Below are positions 18,770 through 31,450 of a DNA stretch of 64,000 bases, in pieces. The translations under genes and the position numbers were made by a program. A model generated the notes under the pieces. That model was not told where the DNA came from, ran no database searches, and saw nothing but the letters and a program-made list of their open reading frames with translations. Numbering within the stretch: position 1 is the stretch's first letter; each line of letters begins with the position of its first letter. The DNA is from Octopus vulgaris (lineage: Eukaryota): contig OX597833.1 of the NCBI GenBank assembly GCA_951406725.2, forward strand, positions 41,168,001-41,232,000, in the 5' to 3' direction.

Positions 18770-18825
<56 letters not shown>

Positions 18826-18843
18826 CATCATTATTATTATTAT

Positions 18844-18912
<69 letters not shown>

Positions 18913-18965
18913 AACTACTACTACTACTATTATTATTATTATTATTATCATTATTATTATTATTA

Positions 18966-19000
<35 letters not shown>

Positions 19001-19210
19001 GTATAGATTACTGTATCTAGTGGTAATACAGACTAAATTTTTCGAAGCCATGATTATTTTTAATCTCTGCTCAATCTTTGATGGTATGCGCATATTAGAC
19101 GCAAGGAACACTTTTTTCTGTACGTTTTTTGAGGAAAGCTGCATCCAGTAGCTATCTCGAACGTTTTGTTGAGTATTGTGTTTTTCGCAGCATGTTATTA
19201 AAGCCCTAAG

Positions 19211-20893
19211 ATGCCACCCAAACGCCCTACACCTTCTAAGGCTTCTGGCAGCGAACCTAAGCGTCAGAAAAATGTTATGATGTTCCATGGGAAGATACAA
19301 CTGCTGGATATGCTCCAAGGAGGTAAAAGTTATGCTGCAGCAGATCGCTGTTATGATGTCAACGTAAGCTCTATACGCTACTTAAAGAAAAACGAGATAG
19401 CGATCATGTCTACCATAGCTATAAATTTCTGTGAAAGTGTCAAAAAGATAACGACAGTGAGAAATAAGCACTTGGTCAGGATGGAATCTACCTTGGCATA
19501 GTGGATCAGTGACTGCAAGAAGTAAAACATTCCCTTGAGTGGTAACATCATCCGCGAAAAAGCGTTGAAATTATACCAGCAGTTCGACAGAGGAGACGGA
19601 GCAGAAGGCATCGAAGAACCGCAACCAAGACCATTGACAGTACCGGAGCCTGAAGATTTCCAAGCTAGCATGGGATTGTTTGACCGGTTCCAAAAACGGT
19701 TTAAAATAATGTGAGTTTCCCTGCATGGAGAGGCAGCATCAGCCGATGAAGATGTCGCCGAGAAGTACCTTGAGACCTTCAGGTAGATCATCGAGGACAA
19801 GGGATACAAGCCGGAACAGGTTTTCAATATGGACGAGACTGTCTTGTTCTGGCGGAAGATGCCTTCCTGAATGTACATCATGAAGGACGAAGCCAGAGCC
19901 TGAGGATTTAAGGCACAGAAAGATTGAGTGACGCTAATTATGTATGGTAAGTCCACACATGTATGGCAAGTCCACGAACCCGAGGGCCTTCAAAAATAAG
20001 AATAAAGACAAGCTACCTGTCCACTAGATTCACAACCCTAAGGCCTGGATTAAAAAACGTCTAACTTTGAATTGGTTCCACCAATGCTTCATCCCTCAAG
20101 CCAAGGAATACCTCCAAAACGTATGCATGGAATTCAAGGTGCTGTTTGTTATGGATAATCATGGCAATGACTCTTTGGACTTGACTCACGAGGGAGTCCA
20201 GATCGAGTTCCTCCCTGATAACATCGCCTCCTACATACAACCTATGGAACAAGTCGTGATCCGTGCCTTCAAGGCACTTTACACACGGAACTCTCTCCAA
20301 CACCTTGTGGACACAATGCATTCGGACGAGAATTTCGAGTTAAAGGAGTACTGGCGTAACCTCACGATCGCAACGTGTCTGTCAGTCATCCACGCTGCTC
20401 TTAAAGACATGAAAAAGAAACCCTCATTACATGCTGGAAGAAGGTGGGGCCAGAGTATGTTCAGGACTACGAGGGCTTCTCACCTGAAGATATTCAGAAC
20501 GAGGGCTGTCAACAATGCAGTAAAACTGGCAAAGGTACTTGGAGGCGAAGGTTTTGACATCACGCAAGATGATGCCCACTTTGAAATCCTGCCAGCAAAG
20601 AGGAGGTGGAAGCGCCAGATCCAGAGGAAGAGGAGGTTGAAGTAGGCCTAAGGACAGCAAAGGAATTGCAAGGGAAGGTAGAAGCATGGGATCCTTGTAT
20701 GGTTCGGTTTCTCCAATTTAAAAATACCATCGATGCTGTCATGCGGACATATAAAACTCTCCTCACCACCATGAAGAAACAACGACAGCAACGTTCCATC
20801 ACAATGTTCCTCAAGCCCACCAAGAAAGCCTTGCAGGGAGATACGACATCTCTTAAAACACCCGAAGAAGAGACATCACCTGAAGAGCTTTAA
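19211..20893 (+). pseudogene. Decayed Tigger/pogo (CENP-B-like HTH + DDE_1) transposase
   Basis: MPPKRPTP..., HTH-psq-like N-terminus, FQASMGLFDRFQKRF, LHGEAASADE, QVFNMDET.LFW..MP, VLFVMDN, FLP.N..S.IQPM.Q.VI.AFKALY, Q.SIT.F. Multiple stops and frameshifts. Confidence 0.9.
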
Positions 20894-21124
20894 ATCTCCT
20901 TTGCTGTGCAGTCATTACCTTCATTGTTTTCATCATCATCGTCTTAAATCCGACTTCAGTAGCCACGGTTCTTAATGTCAATTTCAGACTTCTCTCGATC
21001 ACGTTTCTGTTGATTAGTCTTTTCGTTTGCCCATTACAGCAGCTCATAGAATGGTATAAACGAATACTTATTAATAATTTGCCTTGCTGTAAATATCATA
21101 TAATAAATTTAAAACAATTTTCTG

Positions 21125-21515
21125 GGCGTAGCTGTATGGCAAGAAGCTTGCTTCCCAACCACATGGTCCACGGTTCTGTCCCACTGCTTGTCACCTTGGG
21201 CAAGTGTCTTCTACTATAGCCCCGAGTCGACCAAAGCCGTGTGAGTGGTTTTTGGTAGAAGGAAACTGAAAAAAGCCCGCCGTATATATGTGTGTGTGTG
21301 TGTATGTGTGTGTGTGTCTGTGTCTGTTTGTCTGTGTTTTCACGACCACCCCCACGTGACAGCCGGTGCTTGTGTATTTACTTCCTCGTAAATTAGCGGT
21401 TCGGTAAAAGAGACTGATAGAATAAGTACCAGGCTTAAAACAAAAATTGTGGTCGATGCATTCAAGACGGTACCTCAGCATGGCCACAATTTTATGATTG
21501 AAACAAGTAAAGCAT
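21125..21515 (+). mobile_element. tRNA-derived SINE, family B (diverged)
   Basis: Similar to 16421-16820 along its whole length. Confidence 0.8.
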
Positions 21516-21701
21516 AAAAAAGATCAAAACGTCCCTAAATTAAGTAACATGTTTGTATAGGGTTTATTAATACTGTTTATAATTGTTATTTAGAAATTTC
21601 GTTTTTAAGCTGACACCATTTTATGAGTACGCCATCTTCATTCATTTAATTTACATACATAAATATAGCTTGAACCGTAATTCATTATATAACTGAAAAT
21701 A

Positions 21702-24248
21702 GAATTTATTCACTACTAAACTCTTCTCTTTAAACTAAGTGACGCTATATTTGATGCGCACGCGCGTGTTTGTGTATAGATGTTTTGTTGTTCAGCCAGG
21801 TAAGAAATGTATGCCTTTATGTGTGTGTATGTGTGTGTGTGTACAGGTGAGAAGGGAAGAAGGGGAACATCTGTGAAGGTTATTAGCAATGGAGGTACAT
21901 GTCATCGAGGTATTTATTGCATCAGATGACACAGATAGATAAAATGGAATGTGGGCGATGTAATGGCGGGAATGACTGCAGCGGTGGAGGTGGAGGTGGT
22001 GGTGGTTGGGGGTGGAGATTCGTAGTTTGGTGGGGTCGGGGTGGGTTTGAGGTAGAAAGGGGAAGGGGCAATGGAAATTTACTAATACAGTTTATTGTCG
22101 TTGTAGGTGGGGGGATGGCGTTGATATACGGTTGAGATGTGGTGGGGTAAGGACAACAGAGACAGGGAGGAGGAGAATTTTCAGCTAGCTTTATGGTTGG
22201 TTGTGTAAAGGTGTTATTGTTGTTGTCAATGAGAGTGGTGGTGGTGGAAAAGTTTTCTCTTCATTGTGTATGTTTCTTGTAAATCAACTCCCATACATAC
22301 ATACATAAATACACAAGCACACACGAAAAGCCACAATCAAAAATTTCCCCACATACACATACTCACGCACTTGCAAAAGTATTTAAAGAGAGAATTTCCA
22401 AACGAGACACTGACAGACAATTCACAACACCGTGAGTTTAGCATCGAAAATATATTTTTCCCGACGACTTAACATTAAAAAAAAGTGTTGCATTCACTCG
22501 TCAACTTCAGAGTCATTCACGTTCTGTTTTCATTTGGAAGATCGACGAAAGATTATTATTCTTGGAAGTAGAATTTGGATTTTGAAGAAAGATTTTTAAT
22601 TCAAAGAAGTAAAATATTCAGAGATATACATACGTATCTCTCTCTATATATATATATACGCATCTACATACAAGAAAGGAGTCATATATACCTTCAGTCA
22701 CATTGATATATATAACGATATAAATGAATAATTCAACATGACTATCGTTATTGTAAGTCCTGCTCGTTTTTACTTTTCTCTCAATATGGAGCTGAACAAG
22801 TCAGAATCCTCACCTCTTCTTTCCACCAAATTCACAACCAAAGGAGGACCGGGGCGATATTTCTTACAGAGAATTGATATCACAACTGGTTTACCAACAA
22901 CTACAACTGTATCGCGAACAACCGAAGCAAGCTTCTCGACGCATTCGACGCCGCCGCCTGGATAAGCTTAAACATCGATAAAAACCAGGAAAATAAACGT
23001 TATTGAGCTTCATTAGTTTCTCAGCTGATGGAATATTAAGCAAAAAATATATCCATATTGCGAAAGCTGAAAGTATCTGCCGGGTCAAGAAGAACTGGAA
23101 GAGGCCGAAAACGAAAGCGAAAGGCAAAGAACCCCAGTCATCTGCAACGGTTCAACAATGTTCTAAGTTCCACGCGATGCCAGATGGAAGACTTATCGCC
23201 TTAGAACAGAGCCAACCGGAAAGGAAGCAAGCAGTCTACCTGGAAAGAGTGAAATGTTCGAGATAAGTTGCCGTTTTGAAATATAAACTATCTTCTACGT
23301 GAATATTTCATTTACTTATTATTATTATCACTATTAGCGGCTGCAGTGAGAGCAGTGGTATTGCCACGTCGTCGCAGTGGTATTGCCGAGATCAAGGCTT
23401 TGGGATTCTCCTGTGCTCACTGCAAACGACGTCTGTTGACTCCCTCACCGAACAGTCAGTTACGCCTGTATAAAGTAGAGGTCTTCACTGTTGGCGGAAC
23501 ATGACGAAGACGTTGTGATTGAGAGGCTGGAGAAGTCCCAACGAAGCGAACACCCAGACGGAGCATGATCACGATCTGGAACCACTTCAAGAGCAACCTT
23601 GTATTTCCACACCAGTACACGCACACACGCACTCACTCACAGCTGCCCCCTGAATTACACCAGTGAAATAACAAACACTATGTGAAAACGACCACAACTT
23701 CGTACACTCTACCACACACACACACACACACGTATAATATATATTATATATACATATGTAAATGCTAATAACATTGTTTTGAAAACAAGACTCTTGTCGA
23801 GTGTGAATTCTTGTAGTGTTTGTATTATGCATTTTGTGATATCTGAATATTGTTTTTTTTTTGTTTTTTTTTGTTTTTGCTTTTTAACACATAAACATCG
23901 GCTTCCATCCACGCCACTTCACTATCTACATACACACGATCACACACAGCTTTACAGTTATAGACTGAAAACGTCTATACGAATACACAATCTAAAACTA
24001 AAAGACTATATATTTTCTTTGTTTTTATTTTGTTTGAAAAAAAAAAGTGACAAATGAAACAAACAAAACAATGTAAGAGAGAAGAAAGATACTCTTTTAT
24101 TGGTTGCAGAGAGTTGGATAAGTCCATGCTGGAGCACGGAATGATGGAAATAATGAAACAAAAAAGAACTTTCCGATCACCCAGAACTGTTGAACGTTTT
24201 AGGTTCAAATCTTACATCTATTATTATTTACATTTTGACATTTGAGAC

Positions 24249-24301
<53 letters not shown>

Positions 24302-25334
24302 AGAGCAGTTTGTGAAGGATATAGGCTTTTTTTTTATTTGTTAATTAAAACACATTTCTCTTTAACAATTTAGATTAAGGTAACCCTTTTTCAGATTCCA
24401 GTAATCATCATAGCTTCCACATCATTATCTATTTGATTTTTCTCTACTGAAGTTGGAGAAACAGTAGCGACCTGAGAAACTTTAGCGACACCAAATCGGT
24501 GGTGTTTCACGACGTGAGACGGTTATAGCAAGAGACGACATTGACGTTAAAAACAATAGCAGTATAAGACACAACAGCAGCATAAGACATACAAACAGCG
24601 TTACAGACAACAGCAGTATATGACACAGCAGCATTATGTGATAGCAACGGTGTGAGACACAGCTGCGGTGTAACACAGCAGAGACAGTGAAAGACAGTTA
24701 CTGTGTGAGACCCAACAGCGACGCGGTTGCGGGGTCAGACGCAATAATGACGTTAGGGTCAGTTGCGGCGTTAGAGTTGTCTGGTATATTTTTTCCACTG
24801 AGCTGTCTAAAAGTTTTTCTAGTAACCGATAATTAATCACACATTTACACAAAATGCGAGACATTGACAATCGCCATTCTCACTAAACCAAAATGAGTAA
24901 TTGTGATGCTCAGTGTTTCACAAAAACATTATGCCTTGTATGTGATGGGAAATGATGGTTTCAGCCTCTGTTTAAAGGAAACTGAGGCCTAGTTGCACCA
25001 AGCACATACACCTACACATGCATACAAACATACATATACATACACAAAGGTAATAGATTTAGAGGTAGTGCGAAGACGAAATTAAGTGGAGAGAGTGTGA
25101 CATTAATATCTTAATTGAGAGAATTAAAGACGAACGTGAAGTGGAATGGTCACAAGAACGAATGTAAAACGTTTCAACCTGTGTCACAATTATCAAATTG
25201 TTGAGAAATTGTATGTCACATCAGATCATATTATTGTAAACTTGAAATAATTCCATGTAAAAGAATTCTTCTGGATGCATTTAAATAAATATGGATAAAA
25301 CTAAACTGCCCTCGAGTTACGTTCTATTTTCTTT
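21702..25334 (+). repeat. Inverted segmental duplication, copy 1
   Basis: Colinear reverse-complement match to 43619-47541, estimated by eye at ~85-99% identity, differing mainly in microsatellite lengths. Confidence 0.92.
22738..22965 (+). CDS. 75-aa ORF of unknown status (orphan microprotein or part of a piggyBac-like relic)
   Basis: Good Kozak context CAACATG. One nucleotide difference seen versus the inverted copy at 45977-46204. No recognised family. Confidence 0.3.
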   Translation: MTIVIVSPARFYFSLNMELNKSESSPLLSTKFTTKGGPGRYFLQRIDITTGLPTTTTVSRTTEASFSTHSTPPPG

Positions 25335-25340
25335 GTACTG

Positions 25341-25374
<34 letters not shown>

Positions 25375-25617
25375 AATATATATATGTATATAAACTTTTG
25401 TTTGTTTCTTATAAGCGTCGAAATATGCATTGTACGATACAAATAAGATGATACTTTTTTTTTTCTTTTTCCAACGCAGAATTGCTGTTAGAACAGCAGA
25501 AATTCTCGGTAAATTACCCTTAGAAACCCAGTGCACTTTGTTGACAAATTTTTCCACTTTGTAAGGGTAATTTACCCAGTATTTTTCCGTTCGAAAACAA
25601 TATCTTACTTGTATCGT

Positions 25618-25656
<39 letters not shown>

Positions 25657-25680
25657 TTTTATTGTTATATCAACTTATAT

Positions 25681-25733
<53 letters not shown>

Positions 25734-25734
25734 T

Positions 25735-25940
25735 AATCCAAACATGAAAACACCAAGAGAAAACACAACAACGCGAGGGCGTGGAACAAATATAGTATTA
25801 TTGGACGCTCAGGAAGGAAGGGAAGAAGGAGGGTTTAACGTTTCGAGCGGAGCTCTTCGTCAGAAACATAGGAAAAGGAAAGATCCAGAGAAGGGAAGAC
25901 GGAGGGAAAAAAATCGCCAATGATACACACGCGGTCACAG
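25735..25940 (-). mobile_element. Short HHR-bearing PLE-type repeat; inverted partner at 26990-27200
   Basis: Reverse-complement similarity to 26990-27200. Abuts (TA)n. Confidence 0.75.
25833..25867 (-). ncRNA. Minimal type I hammerhead ribozyme, intact core
   Basis: Minus strand: gttt-CTGACGA-a-gagc(tcc)gctc-GAAAC-GTT-aaac. Confidence 0.8.
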
Positions 25941-26767
25941 GCGACTCCAGATCATCAGCGTCACTCGGGCTCATCACAGAGTTTTTAAAAAACATGCCTA
26001 CTCGAAAAGTTTCACGTTTTCCCACTTTATTTCTTACCCCCAAATGGCTTAATTTTTATATCTAGCATATTATGTCTTTCTCCAATTCTAAGTTAAGGTT
26101 TAAAATTAAACAACCCTGCAAAACACGATTGATCTTTATACACAAACGCACAGCAATCAAATAACGACAGCGGAGTGCACTACAAATATCAGCGATCTGA
26201 CTGTCGCCTGCACTCCGGACAAGAGATGCCAGTTAGTCTTTTACACCTACCAAGCTCGTTTGTTTTAACACGAGTTGCTGGATAATTTTTCGTTCCTTTA
26301 TGAATATTGTAGAACGGAAAACTTTTCCTGGATTGGAACTTAAATCCTAATCTCTATAGAAATTTATTGTTTCAAGAATACATTGAATTTGAATTAATTT
26401 TAATTATTACGATTATAGATAACAACTCGGGTTGTAACTTCTGAGCCCGAGTCAGGCGCGACTAAATGATGTCGGGAGAACGTCTGCTACGAATGATATT
26501 TTTTGATATAGAGCACCTCTAAGACGACCGACAGACTCCGAACGAAAACAAATGAACTGCGACCAGGTTCAATAAAAGGAGCCCTATTTATTGGCTGCAA
26601 TTACATACTTGATTGAAGTCAGTGTTGGCAGAAATTAAATCAGCTTACAAATACATGTTCACTTTACTGAATTTATACTTCAGTAATTTATACTTCAGGC
26701 TAAGCCAGAACAGCTCGAGTACTGGAGTCACCGTGAAAGCATATAAATATATACATACATACATACA

Positions 26768-26834
<67 letters not shown>

Positions 26835-26989
26835 GTATATATATATATGTATGTGTATGTATATATATATATTCACACACACATATATACATATATATGT
26901 ATATATACATATATAGATCTACGTATATATATATATATGTGTGTGTGTGTGGATACATATATGTGTGTGTGTACATATATTTATATATA

Positions 26990-27194
26990 TGTAACCGGGT
27001 GTGTATCGTAGGCGATTTTTTTTTCCTCCGTCTTCCCTTCCTTGGATCTTTCTTTTTCCTATGCTTCAGACGAAGAGCTCCGCTCGAAACGTTAAAATCC
27101 TACTTCTTTCTTTCCTTTCCTGAGCGTCCAATAACACTATACTTGTTCCACGTCTTCACGTTGTTGTGTTTTCTCTTTGTGCTTTCATGTTTGG

Positions 27195-27200
<6 letters not shown>
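26990..27200 (+). mobile_element. Second copy of the HHR-bearing short repeat (core mutated to CAGACGA)
   Basis: 27063-27097 reads gctt-CAGACGA-agagctccgctc-GAAACGTT-aaaa. Confidence 0.7.
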
Positions 27201-27251
<51 letters not shown>

Positions 27252-27258
<7 letters not shown>

Positions 27259-27445
27259 AAGGAGCTTCTACAGGACTAGAACTGTTTCATTCAAATGAAA
27301 TCATCAGGAAGCTTCATGATGATTTCATTTGAATGAAACAGTTCTAGTCCTGTAAAGCTCCTTCTATAAAATAAATTAATTTACTCTGCCATGTATTGAG
27401 TACCTTATTTACTGTGGTTAACCCCGACTCAACCCGGGACCTACA
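27252..27445. mobile_element. Foldback HHR-bearing short element in (TA)n
   Basis: 27252-27368 is a palindrome centred on AAGCTT. The minus arm reads CTGATGA-tttcatttgaat-GAAACAGTT. A direct homolog lies at 41690-41830. Confidence 0.72.
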
Positions 27446-27465
27446 TATATATATATATATACATA

Positions 27466-27501
<36 letters not shown>

Positions 27502-27530
27502 TGTATGTATGTATGTGTATATATATATAT

Positions 27531-27639
<109 letters not shown>

Positions 27640-27656
27640 TTTACACACATACACAG

Positions 27657-27876
27657 ACGAGGGTGTGCTGAAGAGTTCTTGACTTTGGGTAAAAGAAAAT
27701 ACAAGAGGATCATTTAGTTGAGATTTTATTCAACATATTCCCTTCTCAGATTCACACATTTATTACAGCGGCCCTCCCTTTTTTTCTGAGCCCTGTAAAA
27801 GAACTCAGAGGGTTGGGCCTCCATTAAGGCCTTTCGCGGTACCCTTAAAGCTAGGAACTTTTCAGCATCCACTCGT
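27657..27876. mobile_element. mariner-derived MITE
   Basis: Imperfect TIRs ACGAGGGTGTGCTGAAGAGTTC and GAACTTTTCAGCATCCACTCGT. Confidence 0.65.
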
Positions 27877-28048
27877 GTGTGTGTGTGTGTACTGTGAAAG
27901 CCGCTTATTATACCCATAGGTAATGTTTTCAGACGGTTATTGTCACCAAACTTACTGAATTCCAAATGCAGTCACGATTATAATAGTACCTGCTTAATGT
28001 TATCATCCGGTTTTTGCTATCTAAATATTTCTAGGGCTTTTATCGTTA

Positions 28049-28114
<66 letters not shown>

Positions 28115-28183
28115 TCGGAAACGAAATGAATACTGTTTCCAGATATATTTCGGCGAATATCAAGGACAATCAGTTAGTTGTCA

Positions 28184-28239
28184 TAATAATACTCAGAGTT
28201 TCAGATGCCAGGGCTGAAGGACAACCTCATCAGTTATTA
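28184..28239 (-). ncRNA. Type I hammerhead ribozyme, PLE1-related family, intact core
   Basis: Minus strand: taataa-CTGATGA-ggttgtc(cttcagccct)ggcatct-GAAACTCTGAGTA-ttatta. Shares GGCATCTGAAACTC.GAGT with the PLE1 HHR. Confidence 0.8.
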
Positions 28240-28537
28240 AAACAAAAACGCTATAAAAAAAGCTGTTGAATAAAGGGAAGTTACTCTAATAGGCGTGCTA
28301 AGAAGTAAATAAAAGTAAAATATATAAGATATTATAAAAATACAACCATGTAAAGATAGAAATCTTCGTTCATAAAATCTACATACCTACACATGTATAT
28401 ATATATACTTACATACACGTATATACATGTATATATATATACTTACATACATGTACACACAAGTATATATATACTTACATACACTTACATACACGTACAC
28501 ATATGTGTATATATAGACATACATAACATACATATAT

Positions 28538-28575
<38 letters not shown>

Positions 28576-28692
28576 GAAAGAACGAAGATGTTCACAAAAT
28601 TCCGTGTTTTCTGACGTGAATTTGCTACCCAGGTTTCGGTTAAACGAATTTTCCATGCTGACGATAAACATAGAATAATTCATTCACCTACT

Positions 28693-28753
<61 letters not shown>

Positions 28754-29488
28754 GCACACACATACACATGCATACACGCACATACACACGTATATGTACC
28801 CATGCACGCAATATTATGTTCATATACACATCTCTACACGTATACACATACGCATATACATTACATGCATAAAATACATATAAACATATATGTTAGTGGG
28901 CGACCCCCTTAATTATCAGCTAACATCTTGTTTTAAGTTATCCTTTACCAAATCTCACGATGTTACTTCTAATAAATCTTGATTTTTATGACTATACCAA
29001 TTATGATGTCTGTCTGCTCCCTCAGCCCTACCCCTAACAGATGCTGCCCCCTGTTCTCTCAGCCTTAGCTATACAAGGGATTTGATAAACTGGTCTATAA
29101 ATTAAAACTGACCCCATAAAAACAAAAAATCAGTGACAAGCAGAGCCTGTAACAATGTATGTCTTCTTGAAAATTCAGTAACTTCTAAACTGGAGTGAGA
29201 CAGCATGTTTTTTGTCTATTTCCTTAACTTCTTGGAGATTTTAGGTATAATTATACTAATGTGTCCATCTGTTCTAATTTAATTAAATTCTATTTCTTTG
29301 TGCAACTGAAGATTGCTCTACATTTTAATTTGATGTAATGAATGCATTGTTCAATTAAATGGAGTTGCATGAAACGATCGTACTGCATTATCTCTGGATA
29401 TCCTTTTTGCTTATTTTGATATATATATATATATATATATATATATTACACACACAGACACACACACACGCATGCATACACACACGCA

Positions 29489-29532
<44 letters not shown>

Positions 29533-29571
29533 TGTGTGTGTGTAATAAATATATATATATACATACATATT

Positions 29572-30855
29572 TATATAAGGAAAATAAGACAAGGTAGAAA
29601 ATGCTAAAATAATTTTATCATGAAATACATTTTGTAACGGTTAGAACTGGTTTCGACTTTTTCAACTAAGTGTAAAACAAAGGTGGATATTAATTAAGTA
29701 GAAAAACAATATAATTCAAATAAAAATCAGATGACAAGTTTTGTAAATATTTTCATAGTTTTCAAATATGTAGGATATTTTCCTTTTTTCTGTCTGATTC
29801 TCCCTCCCTATCTCTCTCTCTCTCTCTCTCACTCTCTCTCTCCCTCTCTCTACACTACTACAACGATCTTAGAATAATACCCGCACAAATATTAAAAACC
29901 ATAAATACGATTTAATTTAGAACAGTTCCTATCACTACTGCTACAACCACAGCAGGTCACTTTTAGGTCACTTGACCATTAAAGTAGATTCCATGAACAG
30001 CCTCTACTACTGCATCATATCACTCCCATCGTCGTTGTCGTCGTCGTCGTCTTCTTTTTCTTCTTCTTCTTCTCCTCCTCCTCCTCCTTCTCCTTCTCCT
30101 TTTTCTTGTACTTCTTCTTCTTCTTCTTCTACTTCTTCTTCTTCTTCTTCTTCTCCTCCTCCTCCTCCTCTTACCTTGGCTGCTGTTAACTAAACCATCA
30201 AACTTTAGAACCAAATATTTCTCTGCACCCATAAACATTATTTTTTGAGAGCTGCTACTACCTACCGAACGTTCACAAAAGAAGAGAGAGAGAGGGGGGA
30301 GAGGGAGAGAGAGAAATAGGAAATGTCCTACCTATTTGAAGATTATGGAAATATTTACAAAACATTTCCTTTAATTGTTGTATTTCGGGATAGTCATTTT
30401 TCCTTTTTTTGTTGTATGCTCTTGCCCCGGAGTAAGTGGAGCAAAAACGAAAACGGAAACGAAAAGTGTCGCTGAAGAGGTCACAGATGTGTGACGAAAG
30501 ATTTCCGGACAATGGACATAAGATAAAATAAGAACAGTAATAAACGAGTGAAGAACAACTATATAGTGTCTGTGCTTATTTGGCAAAACCGAAAAAAAAT
30601 GACCATCCCAAAATATAACAATATCTGTTTCAACACACGATTTCACATCAGGAATCTTGCAACAAAAATTGATAAACGTAATTTCCTTTAATTTTATCTT
30701 TAATTTAATTGGTTTTCTTCTGAATTAATATCCACCTTTGTTTTATTCTTAGTTGAAAAAGTCGAAAAGACCGGAACCGGTACTGACCGTTACAAAATGT
30801 TCTTTATGATAAAATTATTTTAGCATTTTCTACCTTGTCTTATTTTCCTTATACG
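29572..30855. repeat. Inverted pair of ~130-bp repeats (29572-29700 vs 30720-30855)
   Basis: ATAAGGAAAATAAGACAAGGTAGAAAATGCTAAAATAATTTTATCAT is the reverse complement of ATGATAAAATTATTTTAGCATTTTCTACCTTGTCTTATTTTCCTTAT. Confidence 0.8.
30467..30511 (+). ncRNA. Minimal type I hammerhead ribozyme, intact core
   Basis: tgtcg-CTGAAGA-g-gtcaca(gatg)tgtgac-GAAAGATTTC-cggaca. A second copy lies at 48529-48572 (-). Confidence 0.75.
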
Positions 30856-30987
30856 TTGATACATACGTTACTTTTCAACCTTATACATACACATACATAC
30901 TCACACACACACTCACACACTCACACACCCACACACACATACATACATGCATAAATGTGTGTGTGTTTGTGTATGTATGTGTGTGTA

Positions 30988-31392
30988 AAAGGCGAGAATA
31001 ATGCATGCAAGACCCAAGAGATTTAAAGAAGAATGTTACGATCGAGAAAGTGAATCACAATGACATTTTTATGTGCAGAGTTTGTGACAGACCATACCTG
31101 TCTTTTGCTGGGCTCAAATCTCATTTGCAAACCCACGGAGAACGAACCTCCAACAACTATTGTCTATGTGTCAGTGCACACCTTTCGATGCAATGTATGC
31201 CAGAAGGTCAGCAAATCTAACGGAGATCTCAAAATACATTTTAAGATCCACAAAGATCAGAACTTAAGTGCAGCTCTTGGTGGTCCAAATCGAATATGCG
31301 ATCTATGTGGGTGTCTTTTCAAAACATTGTCTGGTTTCAAAAGCCACATCAGATGTCATGATGGTTCCAAGGTGCAGAAACAGGAATAGACA
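30988..31392 (+). pseudogene. Frameshifted three-C2H2-finger fragment, probably the 3' end of an RTE-type LINE ORF
   Basis: CRVCDRPYLSFAGLKSHLQTH, CNVCQKVSKSNGDLKIHFKIH and CDLCGCLFKTLSGFKSHIRCH. The GL.SH pattern without TGEKP linkers fits RTE C-termini. Begins abruptly after a microsatellite. Confidence 0.6.
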
Positions 31393-31396
31393 ACTA

Positions 31397-31448
<52 letters not shown>

Positions 31449-31450
<2 letters not shown>

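Larger units (their letters stand above)
16322..18770 (+). repeat. Tandem direct duplication, ~1.38-kb unit
   Basis: 16322-17390 and 17700-18770 are nearly identical, covering the SINE, the (CA)n run and unique sequence. Confidence 0.9.

Noticed and set aside
22724-23670. A long signal-peptide protein rescued by A-to-I editing of its stop codons
   Set aside because: About 11 stops in ~315 codons, and the second copy has indels and new stops in this frame.
31005-31389. Host C2H2 zinc-finger gene of the octopus expansion
   Set aside because: It is frameshifted, lacks TGEKP linkers, and its finger style matches RTE LINE C-termini.
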